A DNA stretch of 64,000 nucleotides from a virus (Duplodnaviria; Heunggongvirae; Uroviricota; Caudoviricetes), in the IMG/VR virus record IMGVR_UViG_3300005399_000003. One strand, 5' to 3'. Below, one piece after another: positions 55,088 to 64,000 of the stretch (positions are counted from its first letter, which is position 1; each line of letters starts with the position of its first letter). The notes below the pieces were generated by a model that worked only from the letters and a program-made list of their open reading frames with translations, ran no database searches and was not told the origin of the DNA. Both the position numbers and the translations under genes were made by a program.

Positions 55088-58000
55088 ATGGCAGTCGTCG
55101 AAGACATTGAAGTGGTGATGGATCTTGATGACAAGAACTTCACCGTGAAAATCCGCAAGGCTGCCGCGGAAAGCCGCAGGTTCGCCAAGTCGGTCGATAA
55201 CATCGACCGTCGAGTGAAGAAGATGTCTCACTCGATGCGCGGCGCCACAGCAACGGTGCGTGACTGGTCGATCATCATTGGTCAGGCGCGCAACGTCCTG
55301 CATCAGCTCTGGTATGTCACCGGTGCGTGGTCACAGTCTCTCGTGAAGACCAGTGCCGAAGTCGAGCGCCTGACAAAGCTCATGGAAGGCATGTCCAAGG
55401 CTGACACAGCCGCAGGGCGCGTGAAGGAGGCCGCTGACAACGTGGACGCTCTTTTCGAAGCGGCACGAAACGCGCCTTTCTCGATGAACACCCTTTCGGA
55501 CAGCTTCGTGAAGTTCAAGTCCGTAGGGCTCGACCCGCTTGACGGGTCCATGCAGGCGCTGACCGATGCTGTCGCAGCCTTCGGTGGCACTGACGAAACC
55601 TTCCATCGCGCATCCATCGCCATTCAGCAGATGGCTGGTAAGGGTGTGATTTCCATGGAAGAATTGCGCCAGCAGCTCGGCGAGGCGGTTCCCCAGGCGA
55701 TCACCATCATGGCTCAGTCTATGGGTGTCAGCTACGGCGAGTTGGTCGATCAAATCTCTAAGGGTACGGTTGCTGCAAAGCCCGCCCTTGAAGCGATGTT
55801 CAATGGGATGCAGGCCGTCTACGGCGGCAAGGCCAAAATGATGATGGAGACCTACAACGGTCGCGTCGCCAAGCTGAAATCGACATGGACAGAGCTGGTC
55901 GCCAAGAACGATGGCATTAGTAGCTTCTTTGCGGCGCAGAAGGACGGCGTGAGCGCTGTCACGGACATGCTGGGCACCGAAGCCATCGAGGAAATGGCGA
56001 CAGCCATCGGTGACATGATGGCTAACGTGATGACGAAGATCACCGGGCTGATTCAGAGCTTCTCCACGATCTACTCTAATGCAAAAGCATTCTTTACGCT
56101 GGTTAACAGGGCTTCGCTGAACCCGAACAACTTCGTCTACTACCTTCGCACTAGCCTGATCGACGTGATCAGCCTGATCGGCTTCGCGGGCAAGGAGTTC
56201 GCCCGCATCGTCAAGCAGATCACCGCGGCGTCGATGGGCCTGACTTCCGAGGAGCTTGATCGGAAGCTCTTTGAGGAGCGCCTGCGCAATGGCGCTGAGT
56301 TCACGGCAGATGAATATGACATGCTGGTCGAGGCGCATGAGGAAGGGACGGCTAAGCTTGAAGGGCTGAAGAAAGAGCGGGATGAGCTTCTTAGAGGCAT
56401 CATCGAACACAGCGACTTCGCGGAGAACGATCTGAAAGCCCGCGGAGAGGCGCTGTTTACCTTTGAACAGTTCGAAAAAACCCTGAACGAGGCATTGGCG
56501 GCGAAACGTCACCTCGACGAGCTTCAGGCGCAGTTAGAGCAGAAGAAAGCAGAGCAGCGCGCTGCCTTGAACGATGTGCAGATGCTGAGCGTAGATGGGA
56601 GCGCGGACGAGAAATACGACGCCAACCTCGCTGCGGCCAATGCGGGCATTGCTGTCTCCAATCTGGAAACACAAATCACATCCTTGCAGTCGGCATATGA
56701 CATTCTGAAATCATCCATCAAAGCCACCACCGACGCCTACGGGACATCGGAGGCTGAACTGCGTCAAAACATGAAGCCGGCGCTCGATGAGTTTGGCAAT
56801 GCCGTCCTGGCAGGCTCAGACGCCATCAGCATCATGTCGACCAGCTCGAACAAGGCTCTTCGGGATACCGCTGAACGGGTCATTCAACTTGAAGAGGAGA
56901 TGCAGAAGCTTGCGAATGTCGATGTCGACCTAAGCGCGGCGTTGGATGAAACGATGCCCAAGAAGATCGACGCCATGCTGCAAGAGGGTCTTGAGGTCGT
57001 TGACGACTTCGAAGCCGGCCTTGGCACTTCGGTCATGTCTATGCGCGAGGAGGTCTCGGCAATTCTCGACGACACAGCTCTGTCGCAAGAGCAGCGGTTC
57101 GCTCAAGCCACAGAGATCGTCAACAAGTTCTATGCCGATCAGTCGCACAATCTGGTTGTTCTCGTTGCAGCCGCGCAGGAAGCGATGGCTGCGCAGGGCA
57201 TGATGGGCGCTATCGCCGCGCATCAGATGGGCGAGAAGGTCATGGAAATCCTCGCCAAGCTCGGCTCGGACAAAGACGCTTATCTCAGAGGCATCGAGAC
57301 CGGCATTGTGCCTGTATCTGGATCTGGATCGTCGGGCAAAAAGAGCGGCGGCAAGTCCAAAGGGCAGCGCGCGACCGAAAAGCTCAAGGAGCTGATCGAG
57401 AAGACCAATCGCGAGGCTGAGAGGCTCGGCGAGACGCTTGCTGATCCTTTCTCCTATCAGCTGCCCTCTGCCATCGACAAGGCTCGGGAGAAGATCGACA
57501 AGCTCGCCAAAGACATGTCGGGCGGCAAGTGGACGACTGAGATGAAGGCGCTCTTCGATCAGATGGCAACCAATGCCGTCACCGAAGAGCTGATCGAGAT
57601 GAAAGAAGCGACCCGCGACATCGAGCGCGCCTTAATGGGTGAGCGCGAGGCGCGCAACGACATCTACGACGAGGAAGTCCAGCGCATCGCCGACATGAAG
57701 GAGAAGCTCATCGAGATGGGCCTGTGGCGCGTCGAGTGGGAGCGTATCATTCAGGCACAGCTCAAAGGTCTTCAGGAGGAGCTGAAATCCAAGTCGCCAA
57801 TGGGCGAGTTCGCAAATGAGTGGAAAGACCTCTTTGACGATCTGGAGCAGAATGCAGCCGACACCTTCGGCAACATCTCCAAGGAAATCGCCAACATGGT
57901 CACTGAGGGCGAGGCGGATTTTGCCAGCCTAACCCGCTCTGCGATCAACAGCATGCTGGAGATTTCGATCAACGCTGCCATGAGCGGTCTCTACGACTGG

Positions 58001-58426
58001 GGTAGTGACCTTGTCAGCGGTTGGATCGGCGGTATGGGCGGCGGTGCAGGCAAGGCAGCCGCAGCCGTCAAGCACACAGGCGGCATGGTGGGCGGCATGG
58101 GTATGTCTCGCTCCGTCGATGCATCGCTCTTTGCTGGCGCCCCGCGCTTCCACACAGGCGGCATTGTCGGGGATGAAGTGCCGATCATCGCCAAGAAGGG
58201 CGAGGGCGTCTTCACCGAAGAGCAGATGAAGGCGATCGGCAAGGGCATGTCGAACCAATCCACAGCCGCCCCGCGGGTCAATATCATCAACGAAACTGGA
58301 ACGCCGGTTGAATCCTCCGAGGCCAACACCCGCATGGATGCTGAGGGCATGATCCTCGATGTCGTGCTCTCGGCCTCGGGCCGCCCGGGCAAGTTCCGTG
58401 AAAGCCTGAAAGAGGTTCTTAAATGA
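55088..58426 (+). CDS. tail tape measure protein
   Basis: 1112-aa coiled-coil protein. GGAGCG RBS. Confidence 0.85.
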   Translation: MAVVEDIEVVMDLDDKNFTVKIRKAAAESRRFAKSVDNIDRRVKKMSHSMRGATATVRDWSIIIGQARNVLHQLWYVTGAWSQSLVKTSAEVERLTKLMEGMSKADTAAGRVKEAADNVDALFEAARNAPFSMNTLSDSFVKFKSVGLDPLDGSMQALTDAVAAFGGTDETFHRASIAIQQMAGKGVISMEELRQQLGEAVPQAITIMAQSMGVSYGELVDQISKGTVAAKPALEAMFNGMQAVYGGKAKMMMETYNGRVAKLKSTWTELVAKNDGISSFFAAQKDGVSAVTDMLGTEAIEEMATAIGDMMANVMTKITGLIQSFSTIYSNAKAFFTLVNRASLNPNNFVYYLRTSLIDVISLIGFAGKEFARIVKQITAASMGLTSEELDRKLFEERLRNGAEFTADEYDMLVEAHEEGTAKLEGLKKERDELLRGIIEHSDFAENDLKARGEALFTFEQFEKTLNEALAAKRHLDELQAQLEQKKAEQRAALNDVQMLSVDGSADEKYDANLAAANAGIAVSNLETQITSLQSAYDILKSSIKATTDAYGTSEAELRQNMKPALDEFGNAVLAGSDAISIMSTSSNKALRDTAERVIQLEEEMQKLANVDVDLSAALDETMPKKIDAMLQEGLEVVDDFEAGLGTSVMSMREEVSAILDDTALSQEQRFAQATEIVNKFYADQSHNLVVLVAAAQEAMAAQGMMGAIAAHQMGEKVMEILAKLGSDKDAYLRGIETGIVPVSGSGSSGKKSGGKSKGQRATEKLKELIEKTNREAERLGETLADPFSYQLPSAIDKAREKIDKLAKDMSGGKWTTEMKALFDQMATNAVTEELIEMKEATRDIERALMGEREARNDIYDEEVQRIADMKEKLIEMGLWRVEWERIIQAQLKGLQEELKSKSPMGEFANEWKDLFDDLEQNAADTFGNISKEIANMVTEGEADFASLTRSAINSMLEISINAAMSGLYDWGSDLVSGWIGGMGGGAGKAAAAVKHTGGMVGGMGMSRSVDASLFAGAPRFHTGGIVGDEVPIIAKKGEGVFTEEQMKAIGKGMSNQSTAAPRVNIINETGTPVESSEANTRMDAEGMILDVVLSASGRPGKFRESLKEVLK

Positions 58427-58797
58427 CCGTCGCAGCCCCTTCGGTGATCAATGATCACGACAGCGCCAAATACAGCGTCTCATTCGCAGGCGATCCCGCA
58501 ATTGCTTTCGGGTCCGAGGATGACTTTCAGATCACCCGCCCGCGCTATACGCGGCCCGCATCGCGGGAGCATACGATCGGCTTCACCTTCGTCACTGACG
58601 CCGTGAAGAAGCAGATCGAGGATCTCTGGCTGAACGCGAAGGGCGGGTCGTCCTTCATCTCAGGCTTTGTCGACCCCGTCTCGAAAGCGTCTCTGACCGT
58701 TCGCTTCAAGAAGGGCTCCATCCCTCAATTCAAATACCGCGGCTACCGGAATGCGCCCTATTGGGACATTTCCGGCATCGTCCTTCAGGAGGTCTAA
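58423..58797 (+). CDS. distal tail protein (lambda gpM-like)
   Basis: ATGA overlap; position after the tape-measure gene. Confidence 0.5.
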   Translation: MTVAAPSVINDHDSAKYSVSFAGDPAIAFGSEDDFQITRPRYTRPASREHTIGFTFVTDAVKKQIEDLWLNAKGGSSFISGFVDPVSKASLTVRFKKGSIPQFKYRGYRNAPYWDISGIVLQEV

Positions 58798-59417
58798 TGC
58801 CCCGTCCACTCTCCCTTGCTACCGTTGTTGAGAAGAACCGCGTCGCCTCTGACGTGGCATTCATTGTCATGGCTGAGGTCGATGTCATCGACGAGACCAC
58901 CGGCAATCTGGACGAAACCCTGTATTTCGCCCGCAACAATGAGGACATCAGCTATCGCGGCAACACCTATGTGAAGTCTCACTTCGACTTCAACATCTCG
59001 GAATCCGCCGAGGGTGTGCCGGACATCTCGATCGGCTTTCGTGACCCGACGCGCGAGGTCATTCGTAAAATCGACCAGTACAGCGGCGGCACGGGATGGG
59101 TCGTTCGGCTGATGATGATCGCCACAGACGACATGACCCGCGCCCCCGAAGTCGAGGAACTGGTCTATGTGATGGGCACGTCCATCTCGGGCTATCAGAT
59201 CGACTTTCGGCTTGGCGCACGCAACCCGCTGTCAATGCGCTTCCCGGCGCGCATGCAGTGGCGTGATCGCTGCCAGTGGGCCTATAAGAGCAAGGAATGC
59301 GGCTACGATGGCGCGCTTGCGACTTGTGATTACACCTTGCAGGGCGACAACGGCTGCGCAGCGCACAACAACACCCTGCGGTTCGGCGGGTTCCCCGGCA
59401 TCAGGAACCGCACATGA
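58797..59417 (+). CDS. minor tail protein L-like
   Basis: C-terminal Cys cluster CQWAYKSKECGYDGALATCDYTLQGDNGC, as in gpL Fe-S motifs. Confidence 0.55.
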   Translation: MPRPLSLATVVEKNRVASDVAFIVMAEVDVIDETTGNLDETLYFARNNEDISYRGNTYVKSHFDFNISESAEGVPDISIGFRDPTREVIRKIDQYSGGTGWVVRLMMIATDDMTRAPEVEELVYVMGTSISGYQIDFRLGARNPLSMRFPARMQWRDRCQWAYKSKECGYDGALATCDYTLQGDNGCAAHNNTLRFGGFPGIRNRT

Positions 59418-59794
59418 TCGACACCACTGACCTCATTGGCAAACCCTTCGAGTACCATGGGCGCGGCCCGGACAGCTATGACTGCTGGGGTCTCGTCAAG
59501 GAGTGCTACCAGCGCTGGCATGGGGTCGAGCTTCCCGACTATCCCTCCACCCCAAGTCCGCTGAGCAATGACAAAGAAATGCGGCGGGCTGCTCAATCGC
59601 CCGTCTGGAAGCCCGTAGAACGCATGCAAGCGGGTTCGCTCGTCATGCTGAGGGTCAGGGGCTTCGGATCGCATGTGGGCTTCGCTCTGACGCCCACACG
59701 CATGATCCACACTCTTTCGAATGTGAACGCAGTCATCGTGCGGGCGCAGACTTTCAAAAACCAAATCATAGGCTCGTATCTCTATGTCGGCTGA
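59414..59794 (+). CDS. NlpC/P60-family tail protein (lambda gpK-like)
   Basis: YDCWGLV...GSHVGFAL matches Cys-His of the NlpC/P60 fold. Confidence 0.65.
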   Translation: MIDTTDLIGKPFEYHGRGPDSYDCWGLVKECYQRWHGVELPDYPSTPSPLSNDKEMRRAAQSPVWKPVERMQAGSLVMLRVRGFGSHVGFALTPTRMIHTLSNVNAVIVRAQTFKNQIIGSYLYVG

Positions 59795-62700
59795 TAGCAA
59801 CTTCGTCCTCGCGACCATCATCTATGACCCGCTCGATCTGGAGAACCGCCAGACCGTCGAGCTGGAGTATCAGCCTGGAAAGGCTCTGTCGCATTACATC
59901 GACGGGCTGCCCGAGGAGCATACTTGGGAGGTGGCGCTCGACAGCACGTTCATTCCCGAGGAGGGGCATGCCCTGACATTCCCGCAGAAGGGGTCGCACA
60001 TCACAGTGGCACCGGTGCCGCACGGCGGCGACAGTGACGGCAAGCAAATCCTGATGCTTGTCGCCACCATCGCGTTGAGCTTCGCAGCCCCTGCGATCGG
60101 CACGGCATTGGCAGGGAATTACTTCGGTGGCTCAGCGCTGGCTGCAAGCATGATCGGGGCGGGTGTCTCGATTGCCGGCGGTTTGTTGATCAACGCCTTT
60201 CTGCCGCGCCCCGACCAGGCGACCAATGAAGACGCGCAGACTTACGGCATCGACGGGCCGAAGAACACTTCGCAGGAAGGGCTGCCCGTCCCTGTGATCT
60301 TCGGCCGGCACGGGTTCGGCGGCAACATCATCGACATGTACACCGAGAACAGCACTGACAGTAATGGTCAGGCGATTCAGTTTCTCTATGCTCGAACCCT
60401 CGTGTCGGAAGGCCCGATCAACAGTCTTGGTGACTTCCATTTCAACGGGCAGCCGATCAGCTCCTTCGAAGACGTTGAGACAGACTTCCGCCACGGCGGC
60501 AGCGATCAACAGCCCTCAGAGTGGTTCGATCGCACCATCACGCTTTACAACCAATCGCGGGATTTCACCGAGAACTTCCAGACCTACGAGACCGTCGGTG
60601 AGGTTGATAAAATCCGCCTCGATGTCGCTTTCCCGCTGGGGCTGATCTTCACGGACAATAAAGGCCGCGAGAACCCCTTGGCGGTCGATCTGATCATGGA
60701 ATGCCGTAGGCTGGGGTCGTCTGACCCCTGGCATGGCATCAGCAGTCAGCACGCTTGGACGGACACGGGCGGCACATCGGGCACGGGCGATAAGTTCCGC
60801 GTTCATGTGAAGTACGTCCCAGCCATCCAGACCGACTATGTGGGTAGGGGCGATAAGGAGGTGCACAGGGTCGTCTCGCCCGATCCGGATTACAGTCTGG
60901 AGTACAGGGTCAATGGCGGCGCATGGACGGAGCACGAGCGCTACACGCGCGGGCCGAGGAATGGTAATACGACCAGCGGTGATGCAGCTGAGATCGTCGC
61001 CACGATTGACGGCTTCAGCAATGACACTGTTGAGTTCCGCGTTGTCAATCACGCCACCGGCGACTTCCCTGCAACGATCACTGTCAGTCGGGTCGAGTTG
61101 AAAGGCGAGGGTGTAACAGGCGGCTCGCCTGTCGTTACTATCAATGAAGTCAGCACCACGCCCCTGCGCTACAGCTTCATCTCCGACCAGCTGCCCGAAG
61201 CGCGGTATGAAATCCGCTTCCGCCGCGGTGCGCCCGAGATTGTGGGTGAGAGCAACAAGCGTGACAAGGCCGTGCTTGTGGATGTCGGCGAGATCATTAC
61301 CGACCCCGTATCGCTGATCCACTCCGCATGGGCGGGGTACAAGATCAAGCTGTCCGGACAGCTGAGCGCCATTCCTACATTCACGGGCGTTGCCGAGGGC
61401 ATGATTATGCCCATCTACGACCATGAAGGAAACGTGGTCGATAACACCTATTCGAACAACCCCGCCGATGTCGCGCTGCACGCCTATATGAACCGTCGAT
61501 GGGGCGGGAAGATCGAGCCTCAGCGGATCGACTTCGTGGCATTCTCGGAGTGGCGCGAATACTGCGAAGAGAACAACTTCACCTGCAACATCCTGTTCAG
61601 CGATATTGGCAATATCGACGAGCAGCTCAAGCACTGCTTCATCGCGGGCCGCGCGCAGCGGGTCACGCAGGGCGCCAAACTTTCTGTCATCACCGACAGT
61701 CCCTCCGCGCCTGTGATGATGTTCAACTCGACGCTGATCGAGAAGAACAGCCTTGAGATGCAGTATCTGCCGTTCACCGAGCGGGTGAACGATCTCTCCG
61801 TCACCTACTATGACGAGGAGAATGACTATCAGAGCGCCACAGTGCGCGCGGTCAATGACGTTGCACTGGCGCGCGGCGAGGAGTTGCGTTCAAGCTCGAT
61901 CCAAGTGAAAGGCATCACGTCGCGGTCCCGGGCGCAGCGCGAAGCCAACTTCCGCATGAACTACAACCGCCTGATCACCCGCACGGCGAGCTGGGTGTCT
62001 CCGTTGCATGCCATCAGCTGCACCGTGGGCGATGTGGTGATCTTGCAGACCGACATGTTCGACTGGAAAGCGGGCGGTCTTGTGCGCCCGGGATCCACAG
62101 CAACAACGCTCAAGCTTGACCGTGAGGTCGAGATGCAGTCAGGAATGAGTTACTCCGTCCTGCTGCACCGCGATAAACGCCGCATTGCATCGACCAGCAT
62201 CACATCTCAGACAGGCTCGATGGTCACTGTCTCGGGTGTCTTGCCTGAAGACGGCAGTGTGCGGCGTCTGAAGAAGGGCACTAAGGATTACGCAATCCTT
62301 CGGGTCATTCCCGGCAGCAGCACGACTGACCTCATTCTGAAGGATGCACCGGCGCTTTCGGGCTCTGTTGAGATTTGGTCGACAGATGTCTTGGATGAAA
62401 TCGCCGTCAACAACCCCGGCACGGGGTCGTATGACACGATCACACTGGCAACGGCCGCACAAGACGGACCACCGACAGACTTTTCGACCTTCATCTTCGG
62501 CGCCAGCTCGAAGCAGAATCGCGAGTTCCGCATCACTGAGATGTCGCGCGAAGGCGCGGAGAAGATCGCACTCACGGCAGTCGAGTATGTGCCGGAAGTC
62601 TATGACGATGACGACATCCACACCGGGATTGAAAACCCCGGCACTGAGTTTGGCGCGCATGTCATCAACCTGACGGCTGCGGAATCCTCGAAGATCGGAG

Positions 62701-64000
62701 AGGGCGGCGCGCGCTTCATCGAAGTTCAGGTCGCATGGCAGCCTGGGGACGACAAGTATCTCGCAGCTATGGTGCAGTACAAGATCGACGATGGCCCTTG
62801 GCGCGAGCACGGCGAGACATCGGACACCAGCGCACGCATTCCCGTTGTCCGTGGCGATTATGTCACAGTTCGGGTCGTCGCCCGTACCGCCTTGGGTATG
62901 CTGCCTGTTAGCACAGCGCCTGTCGTCGAGCTGGACATCGTCGGCTTTGACGGGGTGCCAGAGGCACCTCTCGATTGGACGGCAAAACCCGATCTGCGCT
63001 CGATCACCTTCTCCGAGCCGAAGGACGTGGATCGATCCAGCCCGCCCTATGACTCGCAGCTCATGTTCGGCGACCCGACGTTCCAAGCCTATCAGATTTG
63101 GAGTGCAGCTGTCGGCGCGGGTTATGAGACATCATCCAAAGAGGCAGAGTTCTCAGCCAACACCTTCACTCTGCCAAAGGAACTGGGCTTTGAGGAGAAG
63201 ACCTATTGGATCACAGTGATGGACGGCTCGGGCAATGTCTCGACGCCTTCGCTGCCGATGACTGTGGGTAAGGACTCAATCGCGCCTAAAACGCCCCACA
63301 ATCTAACTGCGGTTGGATATTTTCAGATGGTTAAACTCGATTGGGTTGCCGTCACCGAGAACGAAGACGGCACCCCGATCTTAGACTTAGCGGGCTATCG
63401 CATCTACCGCCACCATGCGGACGATTTCGCAATGGCGGAAATGATTGCCACAGTTCCTGCCCCCGCCACCACTTTTGATGACACGGGGTTGCCACACAAC
63501 ACGACCTATTACTACTGGATTACAGCTGTTGACTGGAGTGACAACGAAAGCGCGCCATCCACATGGCCGTCAGATGCCACAACCGACTTCATCAAGGCCG
63601 AGGATGTCGTGGCGAATATGCGCGAGGAGATCGGTGCTGCGCGCATCGACGTGGTAAGCTCGCTGCCTGACGCTTCTGAATATGGCGATGATGACTTCGT
63701 TTACCTGACAACCGACGGAAAGCTTTACAAGAAGGACGGGGCAGGCTGGGCCGCGGTTGCAGCTGAGACGGTCATTGAGCCCGGCAGCATCACCGGAACG
63801 CATATTGGCAACTATCAGATCAGCACCAATAAGATCGCCAGCTATTCGATCAGCGCGAGTAAGATCAGCTCCGGTGCCATCACATCAAGCAAGCTTGCCA
63901 CCAACTCTGTAATCGCGGGTAAAATCTCCGCAGGGGCTGTCTCGGCTTACAACATCGCTGTTGATAATCTAGCCGCAATCAAGGCTGATCTCGGGGCCGT
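59784..64000 (+). CDS. host-specificity/central tail fiber protein (lambda gpJ / RcGTA g15-like), 5' partial in window
   Basis: I translated the ORF by hand and it is uninterrupted from ATG 59784 to the window end. FN3-like segment YRIYRH...TYYYWITAVDWSDNES. Confidence 0.75.
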   Translation, partial: MSADSNFVLATIIYDPLDLENRQTVELEYQPGKALSHYIDGLPEEHTWEVALDSTFIPEEGHALTFPQKGSHITVAPVPHGGDSDGKQILMLVATIALSFAAPAIGTALAGNYFGGSALAASMIGAGVSIAGGLLINAFLPRPDQATNEDAQTYGIDGPKNTSQEGLPVPVIFGRHGFGGNIIDMYTENSTDSNGQAIQFLYARTLVSEGPINSLGDFHFNGQPISSFEDVETDFRHGGSDQQPSEWFDRTITLYNQSRDFTENFQTYETVGEVDKIRLDVAFPLGLIFTDNKGRENPLAVDLIMECRRLGSSDPWHGISSQHAWTDTGGTSGTGDKFRVHVKYVPAIQTDYVGRGDKEVHRVVSPDPDYSLEYRVNGGAWTEHERYTRGPRNGNTTSGDAAEIVATIDGFSNDTVEFRVVNHATGDFPATITVSRVELKGEGVTGGSPVVTINEVSTTPLRYSFISDQLPEARYEIRFRRGAPEIVGESNKRDKAVLVDVGEIITDPVSLIHSAWAGYKIKLSGQLSAIPTFTGVAEGMIMPIYDHEGNVVDNTYSNNPADVALHAYMNRRWGGKIEPQRIDFVAFSEWREYCEENNFTCNILFSDIGNIDEQLKHCFIAGRAQRVTQGAKLSVITDSPSAPVMMFNSTLIEKNSLEMQYLPFTERVNDLSVTYYDEENDYQSATVRAVNDVALARGEELRSSSIQVKGITSRSRAQREANFRMNYNRLITRTASWVSPLHAISCTVGDVVILQTDMFDWKAGGLVRPGSTATTLKLDREVEMQSGMSYSVLLHRDKRRIASTSITSQTGSMVTVSGVLPEDGSVRRLKKGTKDYAILRVIPGSSTTDLILKDAPALSGSVEIWSTDVLDEIAVNNPGTGSYDTITLATAAQDGPPTDFSTFIFGASSKQNREFRITEMSREGAEKIALTAVEYVPEVYDDDDIHTGIENPGTEFGAHVINLTAAESSKIGEGGARFIEVQVAWQPGDDKYLAAMVQYKIDDGPWREHGETSDTSARIPVVRGDYVTVRVVARTALGMLPVSTAPVVELDIVGFDGVPEAPLDWTAKPDLRSITFSEPKDVDRSSPPYDSQLMFGDPTFQAYQIWSAAVGAGYETSSKEAEFSANTFTLPKELGFEEKTYWITVMDGSGNVSTPSLPMTVGKDSIAPKTPHNLTAVGYFQMVKLDWVAVTENEDGTPILDLAGYRIYRHHADDFAMAEMIATVPAPATTFDDTGLPHNTTYYYWITAVDWSDNESAPSTWPSDATTDFIKAEDVVANMREEIGAARIDVVSSLPDASEYGDDDFVYLTTDGKLYKKDGAGWAAVAAETVIEPGSITGTHIGNYQISTNKIASYSISASKISSGAITSSKLATNSVIAGKISAGAVSAYNIAVDNLAAIKADLGA

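Noticed and set aside
55331-56512. 393-aa minus-strand ORF antisense to the tape-measure gene. Similar antisense ORFs lie at 17042-17863, 42426-43589, 47826-49067, 60516-61634 and 62139-63086.
   Set aside because: Typical spurious antisense ORFs of 60% GC DNA. They overlap confidently called + strand genes.
1-64000. Integrase, CI-like repressor, tRNA genes
   Set aside because: None recognised by eye. The absence cannot be asserted without tRNAscan or HMM searches. Lifestyle (temperate or lytic) left open.

Overview
This 64-kb window is a phage or prophage genome segment, about 60% GC, probably a siphovirus of an alphaproteobacterium.

**Layout**
- 1-33.7 kb, + strand: early genes carrying a recombination/replication and nucleotide-metabolism suite, listed in the features below.
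- 28.9-33.1 kb: a repeat-rich cassette of single small genes, each with its own 5' leader and hairpin, interleaved with CCATGG arrays, GGAAAGG...GCCTATAG repeats and a 340-bp C-rich tract.
- 34.0-40.3 kb: an inverted minus-strand block encoding a T4 Pnk-phosphatase-like HAD enzyme, a membrane protein, an HD 5'-deoxynucleotidase, a dNMP kinase and an SF2 helicase.
- 40.4-64.0 kb, + strand: two ParB-like proteins, a soluble ABC ATPase, a GNAT-like protein and a wHTH protein, then a 370-bp AT-rich inverted-repeat region. This is followed by the packaging genes and a lambda/GTA-like structural module that runs out of the window.

**Genome-wide signals**
- A palindromic promoter-like element, AGTCA-N4-TGACTTAC, is present in more than 25 intergenic regions.
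- Terminator-promoter cassettes recur with the stem TTGCCCGTCCA...GGGCGGGCA.
- Small early genes share a stereotyped 5' leader: hairpin, CAAC, GAAAGGGA, then CCCATG.
- Four otherwise unrelated proteins share a C-terminal F-G-x-W tail.

No integrase, repressor, tRNA or CRISPR was recognised. All calls are by eye from motifs. Nothing was searched against a database.
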